A stretch of DNA of 64,000 nucleotides from Octopus sinensis. Lineage: Eukaryota. Below the pieces are notes generated by a model. It ran no database searches and was not told the DNA's origin. It saw only the letters and a program-made list of their open reading frames with translations. The stretch is taken from assembly GCF_006345805.1 (NCBI RefSeq), contig NC_043003.1, positions 92,442,001 through 92,506,000 of the forward strand. The letters are read 5' to 3'. The position numbers were made by a program, and so were the translations under genes. Numbering within the stretch: position 1 is the stretch's first letter; every line of letters starts with the position of its first letter. Of this stretch, positions 12,296 to 25,497 are shown in pieces.

Positions 12296-12649
12296 GTGTG
12301 AAAGAAGCTCGATGTATGTGTGTGCATGTCTCTGTCTTTCTCTCTCACTCATTATATATATACATACATACACACACATATATATACGCACACACACACA
12401 TAAACAAACACACACACGCACACAGACATATATATATACGCACACACACACACATAAATAAAACACACACACACAACCCGCACACATGCACACACTAGCA
12501 ATGCACTCCTGCGTTGCCCGGTTATTATGATCTACAGCTATATTGTATTATTTGTTCCTTTCTTATGGGCAGAATCGGCACAAGAGAAGTTTGAAATAAA
12601 TAGCTCTTCTTTATAAACATGTTTTCGATCATTTTCTAATGAACAACGC

Positions 12650-12805
12650 TGCAGCTTCCATCTACCAAATTTAGTCACAAGTCTGTGGTTGGCCTAGGGC
12701 TATAGTACAAAAACCCTCGTCCAGGATAACATACAGAGGGACTGAACGTGGAACCATGTGGTTGGTTGGCAAACTTCTGAACCACATAGTCATTCTTGCA
12801 CCTAA
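12650..12805 (-). mobile_element. SINE family 1, diverged 5' part
   Basis: Homology to 586-750. Confidence 0.6.
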
Positions 12806-13094
12806 TGTGTGTGTATGTGTGTGTGTGTGTGTGTGTTTACATTTGTTGTTAAATCGAGTACTGTGTTCCGCTACGTCTCAGAGTTCATCCAGCTAGAAAT
12901 AAATAAATGCCAGATTGAAATATTTCCTGAGGTCAGTATGATCAATTAAATTTTTTAAGGTGATACTCCATCATGGTGGCAATTTAGTTGAGAACTGAAT
13001 TAGTGGTGAAGTTTGGAAGCCGCTGCGATTGGCGATATGGTCGACTGAAGAATATATTCAACCACTACCGTGGTTGAATGATATTCTTTTTACT

Positions 13095-13480
13095 CTTTTA
13101 TTCTTTTATTCTTTTACTTGTTTCAGTCATTTGACTGTGGCCATGCTGGAGCACTGCCTTGAAAAGTTTTAGTCGAGCAAATCAAACCCGGGACTTATTT
13201 CTTAAGCCTAGCATTTATTCTACCTGTGGAGCCGCCAAGTTGGGGGAATGTAAACACACCAATACCGATTATCAAACGGTGACGGGAGGACACACAAACA
13301 CACACACATATATACGCGATGGGCTTCTTTAAGTTTCCGTCTGCCAAATCCACTCACAAGGCTTTGGTCGATCAGAGGCTATAGCAGAAGACATTTGTCC
13401 AAGGTGCCACGCTGTGGAACTTAACCTGGAACCGTGTGGTTAGGAAGCAAGCAAGCTTTTCACCACACGACCACGTCTGC
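13095..13480 (-). mobile_element. SINE family 1
   Basis: Homology to 586-1000. Confidence 0.8.
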
Positions 13481-13565
13481 GTGTGAATGTGTAAATATAT
13501 AAATGCACGTAGGTATATATACGTATATTTTCTTCTATCTAGTTACTTACCTATCTCTCTATCTC

Positions 13566-13629
<64 letters not shown>

Positions 13630-13975
13630 CCTCTATCTATTTATCTTCCTCTCTCTATCTCTCTATCTAGCTAGCTAGCTTCCTCTCTCCCTATCTATCT
13701 ATCTTTCTATTCATCTTCCTATCTATCTATCTTTCTATTCATCTTCCTTTCTATCTATCTATCTATCTAACTATCTATCTATCTTTCTTTTTGTCTGTCA
13801 GCTGCCAGTCTTTATCCGTTTATACCTATCGATTAATAAGATATACTTATATTTTAATATAGTGAGATGTATAAATGTGTATGCACTGTATGTGTATACA
13901 TGCATCAAAAGTGAGTGAGTGTGTGTGTATGTATGTATTTGTGTATGTGTATATTGCACCTGTTTGTGTGAGTGT

Positions 13976-14028
<53 letters not shown>

Positions 14029-14559
14029 GTAAATGTAAGTACAAGTATCCGACAGTATTTGACACACATCTGCCAAGTTAATTCCCCAAGATTACAGCAT
14101 ACAGTTGCTTTTTTATGTTATCGATTATCATTGTCCATTATTGCTATGGCCGTTGCTGTTGTCGTCTTCTAAAGTCTCCTGCATCTTTCTACTATACTGC
14201 CAGATAGATGTTCCTTCTGTATCTTAAGTGTGTGAAGTACGACGTCTTTTAGTCAATATTGCAATATTGCGCTTTATGTTATATCTGCTTTGTTACGTTG
14301 TGGTACTTGTTTCATTGATTATGGTGTTATTTTAATGTTCTGAAACGATGTGAATAAAAAGCTCTTATTTTGTTGAATAGAAAATTATGGAGACCGCAGA
14401 GTATTTGCTGTATCTGTTGTGTTATATAATAGAGTAGCAATGTATTAAATGTGCTTTATGTGGGCGTGAGTTCTTGATGTAACAAGTGTCGATTATGTAA
14501 AAGTATATGTTGGTTTATTTTACGGGTTGTGTTATTTTATGCGATTATTATTGTGTTGG

Positions 14560-14875
14560 GTAAGGTGGCGAGCTTGCGGAATCGTTAGCACGCTAGACAA
14601 AAATGTTTAGCGGCATTTAGTCTGTCTTCGTGTTCTGAGTTCAAATTCCGCCGAGGTCCACTTTGCCTTTCATCTTTTCAGGGTCGATGAAATAAATATC
14701 AGTCGAGCACTGGGGTTGAAGTAATCGACTTACCCCACTCCCCCAAAACTGCTGGCCTCGTGCCAAAATTTGAAACCGTTATTATCGTGCAGAAGAAAGG
14801 CGGCGATATGACAGAATCGTTAGTACGCCGAACAAAATTCTTAGCGCCATTTTGTTCATCTTTACGTTCTGAGTT
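14560..14875 (+). mobile_element. SINE family 2 (AAGGCGGCGAGCTGGCAGAA head) plus a partial second head
   Basis: Homology to 27825-28036 and 30211-30442. Confidence 0.8.
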
Positions 14876-14913
14876 AGGTAGGCAGGTAGATTGACAGATA
14901 TAGAAAAATATTT

Positions 14914-15315
14914 GGATCTTTTCGGTTTGAACGGCAGTTTTTTAAAATAATTTCCACGTAACTAAACACTTTTAAACTTCGTATACTGGTAGAATGTGTT
15001 TATAAAACATCTTTTTCTCTTGGCTTTACTGAGAAAATTCTATAGTTTGTAAGATATTTGGTGTTTTTTTCTTCAATTTCTGCAGTTTCAACCAATCAGT
15101 GACGTCTATTGAAGTGAAAACATTCTGTGCCGTATGAATATGTCCCTCGTTTAAAAAACAGATTGGGTTTATTTACATTTGTGAAGAAAAAAATATACCC
15201 CCACCCCACCCTAAAATAGATTGAAATGCAATAGATCGATACTAGGGTCATAATTATGGGTAACAATTTCATATGACACGCTAGAAAAAAACTGCCGTTC
15301 AAACCGAAAAGATCC
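14914..15315. mobile_element. MITE, second copy of the 4481-4892 family
   Basis: Same TIRs; perfect 8-bp TSD AAATATTT at 14906-14913 and 15316-15323. Confidence 0.92.
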
Positions 15316-15654
15316 AAATATTTTTCTATAGAAAAATAGAAATAAATCGACAGGCTTCTACATAGTTTCCATCAACCAAATTCATTAGTGGTTATAGAAC
15401 GTCCCCTTAAGTACACAACCATACGTTGTTGCTTAGTGTATTGAACATGGAGGGATAAAATGCAAAGTTCGAATCAACTTATGCTGAATTTAAATTCAAG
15501 CGAGGATGGACAACATTAGATACCATGAGTTACTAAGTTCAATAGTCTACTGTTTAAACAACATATCAGCAAAATCAATACACAGTTAAAAAAAAAGAAA
15601 GTCAACAAGAATTTAGTAGTTTTCATTATAAAAAAAGCTCTATTATCTACAGCC

Positions 15655-15736
15655 GACGAGGTGGCCGAGTGGTTAAGGCGATGGACTGCTAATCCATTGG
15701 GGTCTCCCCGCGTGAGTTCGAATCTCATCCTCGTCG
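15655..15736 (+). tRNA. trnS-GCT: tRNA-Ser, anticodon GCT
   Basis: 82 nt. Acceptor stem GACGAGG/CCTCGTC plus G73; anticodon arm ATGGA-CTGCTAA-TCCAT; long variable arm GGGG-TCT-CCCC; T arm GTGAG-TTCGAAT-CTCAT; intact A and B boxes. Confidence 0.97.
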
Positions 15737-15741
15737 TATAG

Positions 15742-15746
15742 TTTTT
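15742..15746 (+). terminator. Pol III terminator (T5) of tRNA-Ser
   Basis: TTTTT 5 nt downstream of the tRNA 3' end. Confidence 0.75.
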
Positions 15747-16344
15747 GCATTCACTTTTATTTTATTTGTTCTTCAGTATCAAGAGCCATACGATGCTGGT
15801 TCGATTCTCGTTTTATGAAATCTTAGTTTCATTTACTTTTAGGAAAGAAAAGACATCAGAATATTCCATTTAACCTTACCTTCTCAGAAATCTTGGTAGA
15901 GATAAAGGAGAATGTTCGTGTTCACCTTCAATAACAACAACAAATCGTGGTGAACCAACATGATGGAGATCGCAAGACCACAGTTGCAACATATGGAGTG
16001 TCTTCGGCACATTTTTTAGAATTGGTGGAGTCTGATGCTCACCAGCCCTTAACATAGTTGATTTGTTCCAGAAAGTGATACAAAGATAGACAAAGATAGA
16101 AAGTAAGGGTGAACGAAAGCGAACAATATCGATTCCGAAAGGGTGAAAGGTAAAATGACTTCGGTAGGATTTGAACTCAGAGCACAAAACGGTTACTGCA
16201 AAGCAATCTATCCGATGCTCAAGCGACTCTGCCATTTGGCCGCCACCTCAAATAATCACGAGAAATCTAATGTTAGATGGATCAATTTCGCCATAAACCC
16301 ATCTTTGAGGGATCTATGTGACCAACGTTGTAGTACTTCATTCA

Positions 16345-16720
16345 AGCCAATTTGGTTTCACCTGTCTAAAAGGGTAAGGGTAAAGACACCCTTCGGTTAC
16401 GAACAACCATGGGATCGCAGCTAGAAAGTTCTCCTCCAAGGCACACGTACGGGCAAGGTTGTTTTTTATGGAAGACCAGCAGTCGCCCATGCATACCAGC
16501 CTTTCCTCTCCATACCACCGACGTTATCCGAGGGAAAGGCAAAGACCGATACAGCTTGGCATCAAAAACATCGCAGCTCATTTCTACTGCTGAGTGAACT
16601 GGAGCAATGTAAAATAAAGTGTCTTGCTCAAGACCACAACACACAGCCCGGTCCGGGAATCAAACTCACTACCTTATGATTGTGAGCCCCACACTCTAAC
16701 CACTGAGCCATGCGCCACAC
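16345..16720 (-). mobile_element. SINE with a family-3 head and a different long tail
   Basis: 16590-16720 is homologous to the family-3 head and core; the tail differs from 9312-9420. Confidence 0.7.
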
Positions 16721-17410
16721 CTTTATTATATCAGGAAACTGAAGACAATTTCGGACTACCCACGGGACACTAACTCCTAATTTTCAGCTAATGAAAAAGA
16801 ACCCTGTACATGATTTGCAATGTTACTTTTTCTTTTTATGAAATCTTAATTTCGTTTACTTTCGTGGGACTTGAATAAAAGACTTCTTTATAGTTTATGT
16901 CCATCACACTACACTCCTAAAATATTGTCCAAAACGACATTTCCTCAAGTATTCGATAATAACAGTAAAGCGATATGGGAGTCGTACGGACATGCAATAA
17001 ACTAGCACTAAATATACAATGCCTAATAACAATAAAGCAGTATGGCCACAGCTGGAACTCTTTTGATCATCATTCTAAGAGTATGAAGGCTGACTTGGAG
17101 TTAGGCAATCATTCTCAGCGTATGAAGGTTGACTTCGTTTTAGACAGTAATTACGTACTCAACATCCGCCCCTCCACGAATCATTGTATCTATTTGTTTA
17201 CTTTTACGTAACTTATTCATAACAATGTTTATCTATGTGCGCTTCTGCATAGCATTGACCATTGACCCAAAACGTGTGTGTTTGTGTGTGTGCCCGTGTT
17301 ATATTGAATAGTTGGATAATAAAAGCTTTTCTTGTTTCTTTATTTGCTTTGCTGACATTACTTCAACGCCCAGTATGATATAATGTATACATACATACAT
17401 GTGTGTGTGT

Positions 17411-17457
<47 letters not shown>

Positions 17458-17671
17458 TGTATGTGTGTGAAGTATCAGTAGCTATAAAACAGTATTAACA
17501 GTGTAATAGGAACAATAACAATGTAAGCAACAATGCCAGCAAAGAACCAGATTCACATCTCAGAGAAACAGAAGTAACGACATCATCACCAACAACAAAA
17601 GCAGATACAAACACAATCAACAGCATTACTACCATCATCGCCACCACTACCACTACCGACAACAACAGAGT

Positions 17672-17860
17672 GGCGGCGCAATGGCCCAATGATTAGGGCA
17701 GCGGACTCGCGGTCGTTAGAACGCGGTTTCGATTCCAGGACAGGGCATTGTAAGTGTTTATTGAGCAAAAGCACCTAAGCTCTACGAGGCTCCGGTGGGG
17801 CGGGGGTGAACCCTGCTGTACTCTTTCACTATAACTTTCTCTCACTCTTTCTTCCTACTT
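17672..17860 (+). mobile_element. tRNA-derived SINE, family 4, partial
   Basis: GGCGCAATGGCCCAATGATTAGGGCAGCGGACTCGCGG head; homologous to 25206-25497. Confidence 0.8.
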
Positions 17861-18147
17861 CTGCCACAAAGCATAAGAATCATGGTGTAACCCACTGTGG
17901 TGTGGTAAACTTTCAGACCCTAGTCTAGATTGCGAATCCTCTGTACCCCAGGATGGTTCAGCTCTCCACCCGTTAAAAGTCATCGTTTACGGAATGAGGA
18001 TAACAACGTAGCTTTCGCACCCGTGCAACCGCCAGTCCACCGCGTGTGGTGGGTGGATCTTCAAGTTGCCACACGCATCCTTAGTAGCTTAGAGTAGGCT
18101 CGAATTAGAGATTATTCTTCGTGGCTAATGGCGTGATTCTTGATTGG

Positions 18148-18322
18148 AAGAAGAAGAAGAAGAAGAAGAAGAAGAGAAGAAGAAAGAAGAAGAAGAGAAG
18201 AAGAAGAAGAAGAGAAGAAGAAGAAGAAGAACGAAGAAGAAGAAGAAGAAGAAGAAGAAGAAGAAGAAGAAGAAGAAGAAGAAGAAGAAGAAGAAGAAGA
18301 AGAAGAAGAAGAAGAAGAAGAA
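18148..18322. repeat. (GAA)n microsatellite
   Basis: Direct reading. Confidence 0.97.
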
Positions 18323-18840
18323 ACAACAAGAAATGTAAAAGCGTGAATTACAATAACCACAAAGCAACCACACAATCAGGCGCGACACACACGCGAAATT
18401 TCACTCGAATTTACATTTGAAATCGTTCACTGACAAAGGTTCTGAAACCATACAGAGAGAAAGAAAGAAAAACGTTTAACACTTAAGACCAAAATGGCAA
18501 TTCAATGCAAATAACATATCTATGAATTTGGGCGATCTTTCGTTTTGAGAACAGTTGACATCACTTCTTAAAGCACGTGGGTTTGTTTATGTTTCTGAAC
18601 AAGATCGTCGCTTTCCGTAAAAATTTAAAAGATTCTTTTTACTTATCTGGAGAACAGAGGACATATCTTTTGAAGTCGGCGTAAAGCGAAAGAGACAGAG
18701 AGAAAGAGAGCAATTGGAGCAGGGAGATTATTTTTTGAAGTCGGCGTGAAGCGAAAGAGACACAGAGATTGATGTGTGTGTGTGTATTGATGGGGTTGTA
18801 GGACAGAAAGTGTGGTGTGTAAATGAAATTGTTTTGTTAG

Positions 18841-18887
<47 letters not shown>

Positions 18888-19224
18888 AATGGTGCTGGTA
18901 TGTGTGTGTGATATAGAGAGAAAGAAAGAGAGAGAGAGAGAGATATAACTGAAAATTTTATATTTACTTTTTGTAGTGAGTGAATGTGTGAGTGATTGAC
19001 AGAAAAAGCGAGTGGTTATGCATGTGTGAATGGCTTCAGTGACGCACAGATGCACACAAACACATTGCGCATGCGCACGCACGCACACACACACACACAC
19101 ACACACGCACTCTTTCTCTCTCCCTCTTTATATATATATATATATATGTGTGTGTATATTCTCTCTCAAGTATTGCCTTCGTCTTGCAATGTTTACTTCT
19201 ATTTTATGTTCCACAGCTATCACG

Positions 19225-20059
19225 CACAAAATAAATGCTTAGCAAAAGAAATAGACAGAGCAAAATCCCAGCAATGGCTGAGAAGCAGAGACTGAAGGAT
19301 TTTTAATTGCAGCACAAGACCAAAGCCTCCCCATCAGAAATTATCAAAAACATATAATGGAAAGAAACATAACAAGTAACTGCAGAATATGTGGAGATGG
19401 ACAAGAAACAATAAATCATATTGTCTCTGGTTGCCCAGTCCTGGCTAAGGAGGAATATATTCACCGACACCACAAAGTTGGGACCTACATACACTGGAAG
19501 CTATGACAACACTATGGAATAACAAAGAGAAAAAAGATGGTATAAGCACACGCCAGAAAAGGTCTATGAAAATGAGAAAGTAACCATACTCTGGATATGC
19601 CAATACACACAGATTGAGAAATTAAGGTCAATAGGCCAGATATAATTGTCAGAGATCATGAAGAAAAAAATGCTTCCAATTGATGTATTTAGGAAGATGA
19701 CACCATTTCTCTAAAAGAAATGGAGAAACTTTCAAAATACAAATACCTGGAAATAAAGGTAACTCGAATGTGGAGTCTAAAAACAGAAACAATTCCTAAA
19801 TTGGTGGGCGCATTAGGTATGATAAAAGATATTCAGACAAATACATAACAAAAACACCAGGACTAACAAATATATATAATATACAGAAAATAGCACTACT
19901 AGGCACTGCACACATCCTACGTAAAACACTTTCAATACAGCACATACCCAAGGCAGAGATGCGCTCATTAGTGCAGTGAAAGCACGTTATGAAAATAAGA
20001 CTACTGACTAATAATAATAACAATATTGGAAGACACAGCACGTGATAAAAATAAGACTA

Positions 20060-20063
<4 letters not shown>
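19225..20063 (+). mobile_element. 5'-truncated Dong/R4-clade RLE non-LTR retrotransposon
   Basis: CRICGDGQETINHIVSGC (CCHC) at 19381-19434; KVNRPDIIVRD at 19624; LSKYKYLE; GALG; IQKIALLGTAHILRKTL. Ends in (TAA)n. Confidence 0.9.

Positions 20064-20136
<73 letters not shown>
20064..20136. repeat. (AAT)n tail or target of the Dong element
   Basis: Direct reading. Confidence 0.95.
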
Positions 20137-20138
<2 letters not shown>

Positions 20139-20784
20139 TTGCTGATGATGATGATTTCATTTATTTGCCACAAAGGCGAAAGATGAAGGAGACAATACAA
20201 AGACTGCTATAAAGTATTGGGGTTTACATATAATGAAATAATAAAACAAAATAGGTAAGTATACACGGTATACACTGAAAAAGAAGCGAGATATACATAG
20301 TATACAAAGGTTTCAAAAAATATATATACAATTTTAAAATAGGATAAAATCTTTGTAAAAATTTATCAAGTAGTTAGCGTGAAAAACCTCATAATAGAAA
20401 GAACCATCAATTTTTCGCTTAAATATATTTGTTTATATTATATACAGGGCATTACTATACATAAATGCCACACGCTAAGAGGGACTCTTAAAGTCAAAGC
20501 TATCAAAATAAATAAACGCATAGTATCGAATGAGAAGGAATGCAACTCTTGAAGCGAGCCTTTTAAAAACAGAATTCAGCTGCAAATCACATGATTTCAT
20601 AATTAGTGCAGAAATGCACTTTTTAATCGTCAGTGCAAGCATAATTCAAGATTATAACGAATGGATCTATGTATAACGAATTAATGTGTAGTAATGCCCT
20701 CTATATAATATAAATATATATATATATTATATATATATATATATACAATCACACACATAAATAGATAGGTAGATAGATAGATAA

Positions 20785-20879
<95 letters not shown>

Positions 20880-21167
20880 GATAGATAGAAATCCAATCTA
20901 ACCTGCTAGGTAACTCAGATACATAATATCCCTTTCTGTCTCGTCTAGATTTTTCCAGTGGCTGAGATAACATCCAAGAGTGGGGCTCACGGGTCGAGCC
21001 ACCACGTACTTGCCGTGTCTTGCCGATAGTCTCGTTTTGTTCGTCATTTTGATTCACTCTTCAAAAAGTCCGGAACCTTCAAATCAAAGGTTATGTTATC
21101 CCTTAATTAGTTACCCTGTTGGGGTTGAAACTACTCCTTAGTTTTTCTTTTGCAATAAAACTATTAA

Positions 21168-21400
21168 CCCTTTGCCGATCCAAAAGTATTTTCAAAAGTT
21201 TGTCCAAAACGTCTATGCTTGTTTTCAAACCTTTACTCCAGCCTTTGTTTCATATGTCCTGATAAACATAAAACCTTCTTTTCATAAGTCTTAAGTTACT
21301 CTGGTGGTCGAAAAAAATATTGGGAATGCGTATCACAAATGGTGGTTGAACACCAGGGTAATATGTCCCGTGTGTCATGTAATGCACAACAGGCAAAGGG
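21168..21400. mobile_element. piggyBac-type MITE (233 bp)
   Basis: TTAA|CCCTTTGCC ... GGCAAAGGG|TTAA. Confidence 0.85.
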
Positions 21401-22023
21401 TTAATGAATTAAGTCTGGGAGTAGTGAAGGCTTTACTGTTGCAAGTGTTGTTTTTGCTGTAGTTAGTTGTTTTGTTGTTGAAAGTATTGGTAAAGTATTT
21501 GTTACTTAACGAAAGTAAAAGTGAAAATAGAAAAATTCTTCAAAGAGACAATGTAGACGTTAAGTTCGTTCTCCGCCAACTTACAAGAGGCTTGTGTGCT
21601 ACCGTGTTTCTTTTCTTCACTTCTTGTAAGGAAGATGCTGGTAGATGTAGGGAGTGGGCGAAGAATGTAAGCAACCACCAACTAGAGACAATTAAATACC
21701 TGTCCTCTTCATCTTCTTCTTCTTCTTCAACTTCACTTCTTCTTCTTCAATTTCTCTTCCCCTCTTCTTCATCTCCGCCTCCTCCTCTTCCTCCTCCTCC
21801 ACCTCCTCATCTTTATCTTCATCATCATTATCATTATCCCGTTTCCTTTCGAATCGTCTTAAATTTCTTCTGCATTTTGCTGTTTATGTTATTTCTGGGG
21901 AGGTGGGGTTGCATCATTGTTGAAGGTAAAGCTCTTTTGTTTGTGACAAGTATGACCTTACCCGATAGTGAGAGCTTTTATTTTATATATGCAATATATT
22001 ATGTTTGTGTGTATGTATGCATT

Positions 22024-22092
<69 letters not shown>

Positions 22093-22269
22093 TATATATA
22101 TATGTGTCTGTGTATGTATGTATATGTAAGTATGTGTGGATTCATATATGTATGTATATATATATATACACGCAAGGAAGTTGATTTTAATCAGCCAATG
22201 TCAGGTATAAGCGATCTTCAATTAAAGGTGTCGTAACACGCCAAGTGAAACACCGACAATAATGTCAAA

Positions 22270-22920
22270 TTGTTTCATGGCAGCTACAAACGTCTTCTTT
22301 TCTCAACGATAATCCGGCTTAACACGACCATAACCCAGAATCAAATCTTAATCGATATCTTGATTTATCATCTTATCTTAATCGTTATTTTCATTGTCAT
22401 TACCATCACTGTACATATCAACATAATTCTTTTCATTACTGCCTTCACTATCACCACCACCACTACCACCACCATCTTCATTATCATCATCGTCGTCGTC
22501 GTCGTCGTTGTTGTCATTATCATTACCATCATTATCATCTTCTTTACCAACACTATCACGATCATCTTCATTTTCATTATCATCATCACCACCACCACCA
22601 CCATCATAATCATCATCGTCATAATCATCGTTACCATCATCATCGCCATCATCCTAATCATTACCACCATCATAACCAGCACCACCAATTCACCACCCCA
22701 CCACCACCACCACCACCACCATCGTCATCCTCATCATCGTAATCATCATCATCAACAACATCTACACGACTACTATTACCAGCACGACCACAAACTCTAC
22801 AATCCCTATAATCACAGTCACCATTATCACTGCTATTGTTCACTTCTCGTCACAAGCCTTATTAGTGTCATAATTACCACCTTTATTAACGTCATCATTA
22901 ATACCTTCAAGGTCGACTAT
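22270..22920. repeat. Degenerate (ATC/ACC/GTC)n trinucleotide low-complexity tract
   Basis: Direct reading. Confidence 0.85.
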
Positions 22921-23395
22921 AATTTTCCATATGAACTGAACACTGGGGAAGGTTGAAATGGGTGTCTCTTGCAGGTCAGATAACTTGTGGATGGGGTGAG
23001 TGAGAGTAAGTTGATTACACTTACTGATAATAGTGACTGATAATATATTCTACCAACCACAGAAGGATAAAAAGGCTAAGGTGAATTTGGCGAGATTTGA
23101 ACTCGCAAAAGAATAAAGAATAGCATGGAATTTCGCAAAGAATTTTGTCCTCGATTCTTCAAAGTCTACCAAAATAATGATAATAATTTCTAGCATAAGC
23201 ACAAGGTAAGACATTTGTTAGTTAAATAGAACCCAGTGTTTGTTTGGTATTTTGTTTTTAGGCCTTCTCCCCTACGCCGTCCATCTCACATGTATTTCTA
23301 CGCCCGTGTCCGGAATGGCCTTATCATTTTGATGGCCAAAAGGATTTGCAAGTCCATCCTTACTTTTCCTGACTATAATATACCTTCCTCATTAC

Positions 23396-23424
23396 CTTGG
23401 ATTTCACAATCTGCTCATATTGCG
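23396..23424 (-). CDS. Candidate 29-nt exon (phase 1 to 0, x-QYEQIVKSK)
   Basis: TTGTTATCTTTGTAG| ... AAG|GTAATG; phase-compatible with 24664-24724. Confidence 0.25.
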
Positions 23425-24663
23425 CTACAAAGATAACAACGAGCTACGAATTCCTCTGATGCTTTGACCCATGTACAGTAACGAAAGTGTTATGTAAGAC
23501 TGGGTCATACCATTCCAGATTCTCGCTCAATAAAGAAAAGGCTTTGCCATAATCGGCGAGTGCCTGTTTTTAATAATTTTTCAAGGGTACGCAAATAGTC
23601 CCTACCGGTTTGAAGGAGCCATATGTAAATCAACTTTCTTCTTTCTCGGACTTAGAGAAAAATCTCCCGATAAGGAAAGAGACGTAACAGAGTCTTACCA
23701 GACTTGTGTCTCTATCCTACTCAGGATCAGAAACTGCCTATTTCTTGTGACGTTTGCGAACGGACGTAGTGCATTGCTACTGATGCTATTGTTGTTGTTG
23801 TTAAGCAACAAGACGGGTAAGGGTGATTAGGTGATGGTCTAGGGCTTAGGAGCGGGAGACCCCAGACCTTGGAAAAAAAAAAACTTTGGTCGTCTTGTTG
23901 TAGTCGAGGGCTCTTCGTTGACGCCCGACACCACTGGGAGGTGGCCCTCGGAGTCGCTGGAAATGGCGATCTCTAGGTCCAAATTCTTGAACGGCTGCTA
24001 CTGATCCTGTTTTAATTGCTACCGTTGCGTGAGCCTTCAAATAAATTCTTGTGTCAGAAACACTAAACATTTTCTTTTTATTGTTTATAAAATTTCATGT
24101 TTTCGTTTCTAAGATTTCTCTTATTATGCGTGTATGTGTTGTATGTAGACATTTGTTTGTGAGGGGAGCGAGCGACCTTCATTACAAAATGTCGACAACG
24201 CATTTTCTATTTACTATTGGCTAGCGAGCTAAGTTTTTCCAAAATGAGTTTCCGTGAATATGACAGAAAATAGGGTTACATAAACTCCCCAACTCCTTCA
24301 ATAATAATTCTGCGCAATAACGAACAAATAGTTATCCAATTTCTGCAGCTCTCGACAAAATATAATCCTTACATTGGAACACAGATGATTTCTAACATTC
24401 GCACCAGATAATAAATCTTTTAGGGGAAAGTATAATCATTAAAAATAATCCAATGGAACACACACACATACATACATACACAAGTATCATAGGAGTTATT
24501 TGTTAAAAATACAGAAAAACATAGTAAAACAAGGATATAACTATTCTGTGAGTTAGGGTAATTTGAAACCCCAACCACATAACTACTAACAAGTACGATT
24601 ATCTAACCTCGTTTTAGTTTATTCAGCTTAAATTTGACAGCCTAGCTGCCTGACTCGACTTAC

Positions 24664-24724
24664 ACACAAAATCAAACAGAAAGCGCGATCTCGTTTTCTC
24701 TCTATCATTACTTTTGATACGACA
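24664..24724 (-). CDS. Candidate 61-nt exon (phase 0 to 1, CRIKSNDREKTRSRFLFDFV)
   Basis: Strong acceptor CCCTTATCCTCTTCTTTCAG| and donor |GTAAGT; two of three frames are open. Confidence 0.3.
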
Positions 24725-25040
24725 CTGAAAGAAGAGGATAAGGGTTTTGTTAGGGAAAGAAAACATCTCGTTTTCGTGGAGTTTGCCTTTCATCGCAGGC
24801 AATAGGTAGAAATGTAAACGTAACAAAACAACAGAAGCACTGCCTAGTGTGGCTGCATGACCTAAAAGGATCGTTACTGTAGCTCTTGTTATACAATACT
24901 ACTTACACAGTTTGTGTCACCACACCCCGGCTGACAGGGCTTGGAATGTTCCCAAGCTTAGCTGTCACTTGTGATACATTTAACAAGCCGGCCGTACATA
25001 CACACACACATATACAAACATATATGTGAATGTCTGTCTG

Positions 25041-25497
<457 letters not shown>

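Noticed and set aside
15876-16235. 119-aa minus-strand ORF ending at an AAG|GTAAGG donor
   Set aside because: The 5' part is SINE-derived, there is no good acceptor and no recognisable domain; a competing plus-strand acceptor is equally plausible.
22270-22956. 228-aa hydrophobic, His-rich ORF
   Set aside because: It comes from a degenerate ATC/ACC trinucleotide tract.
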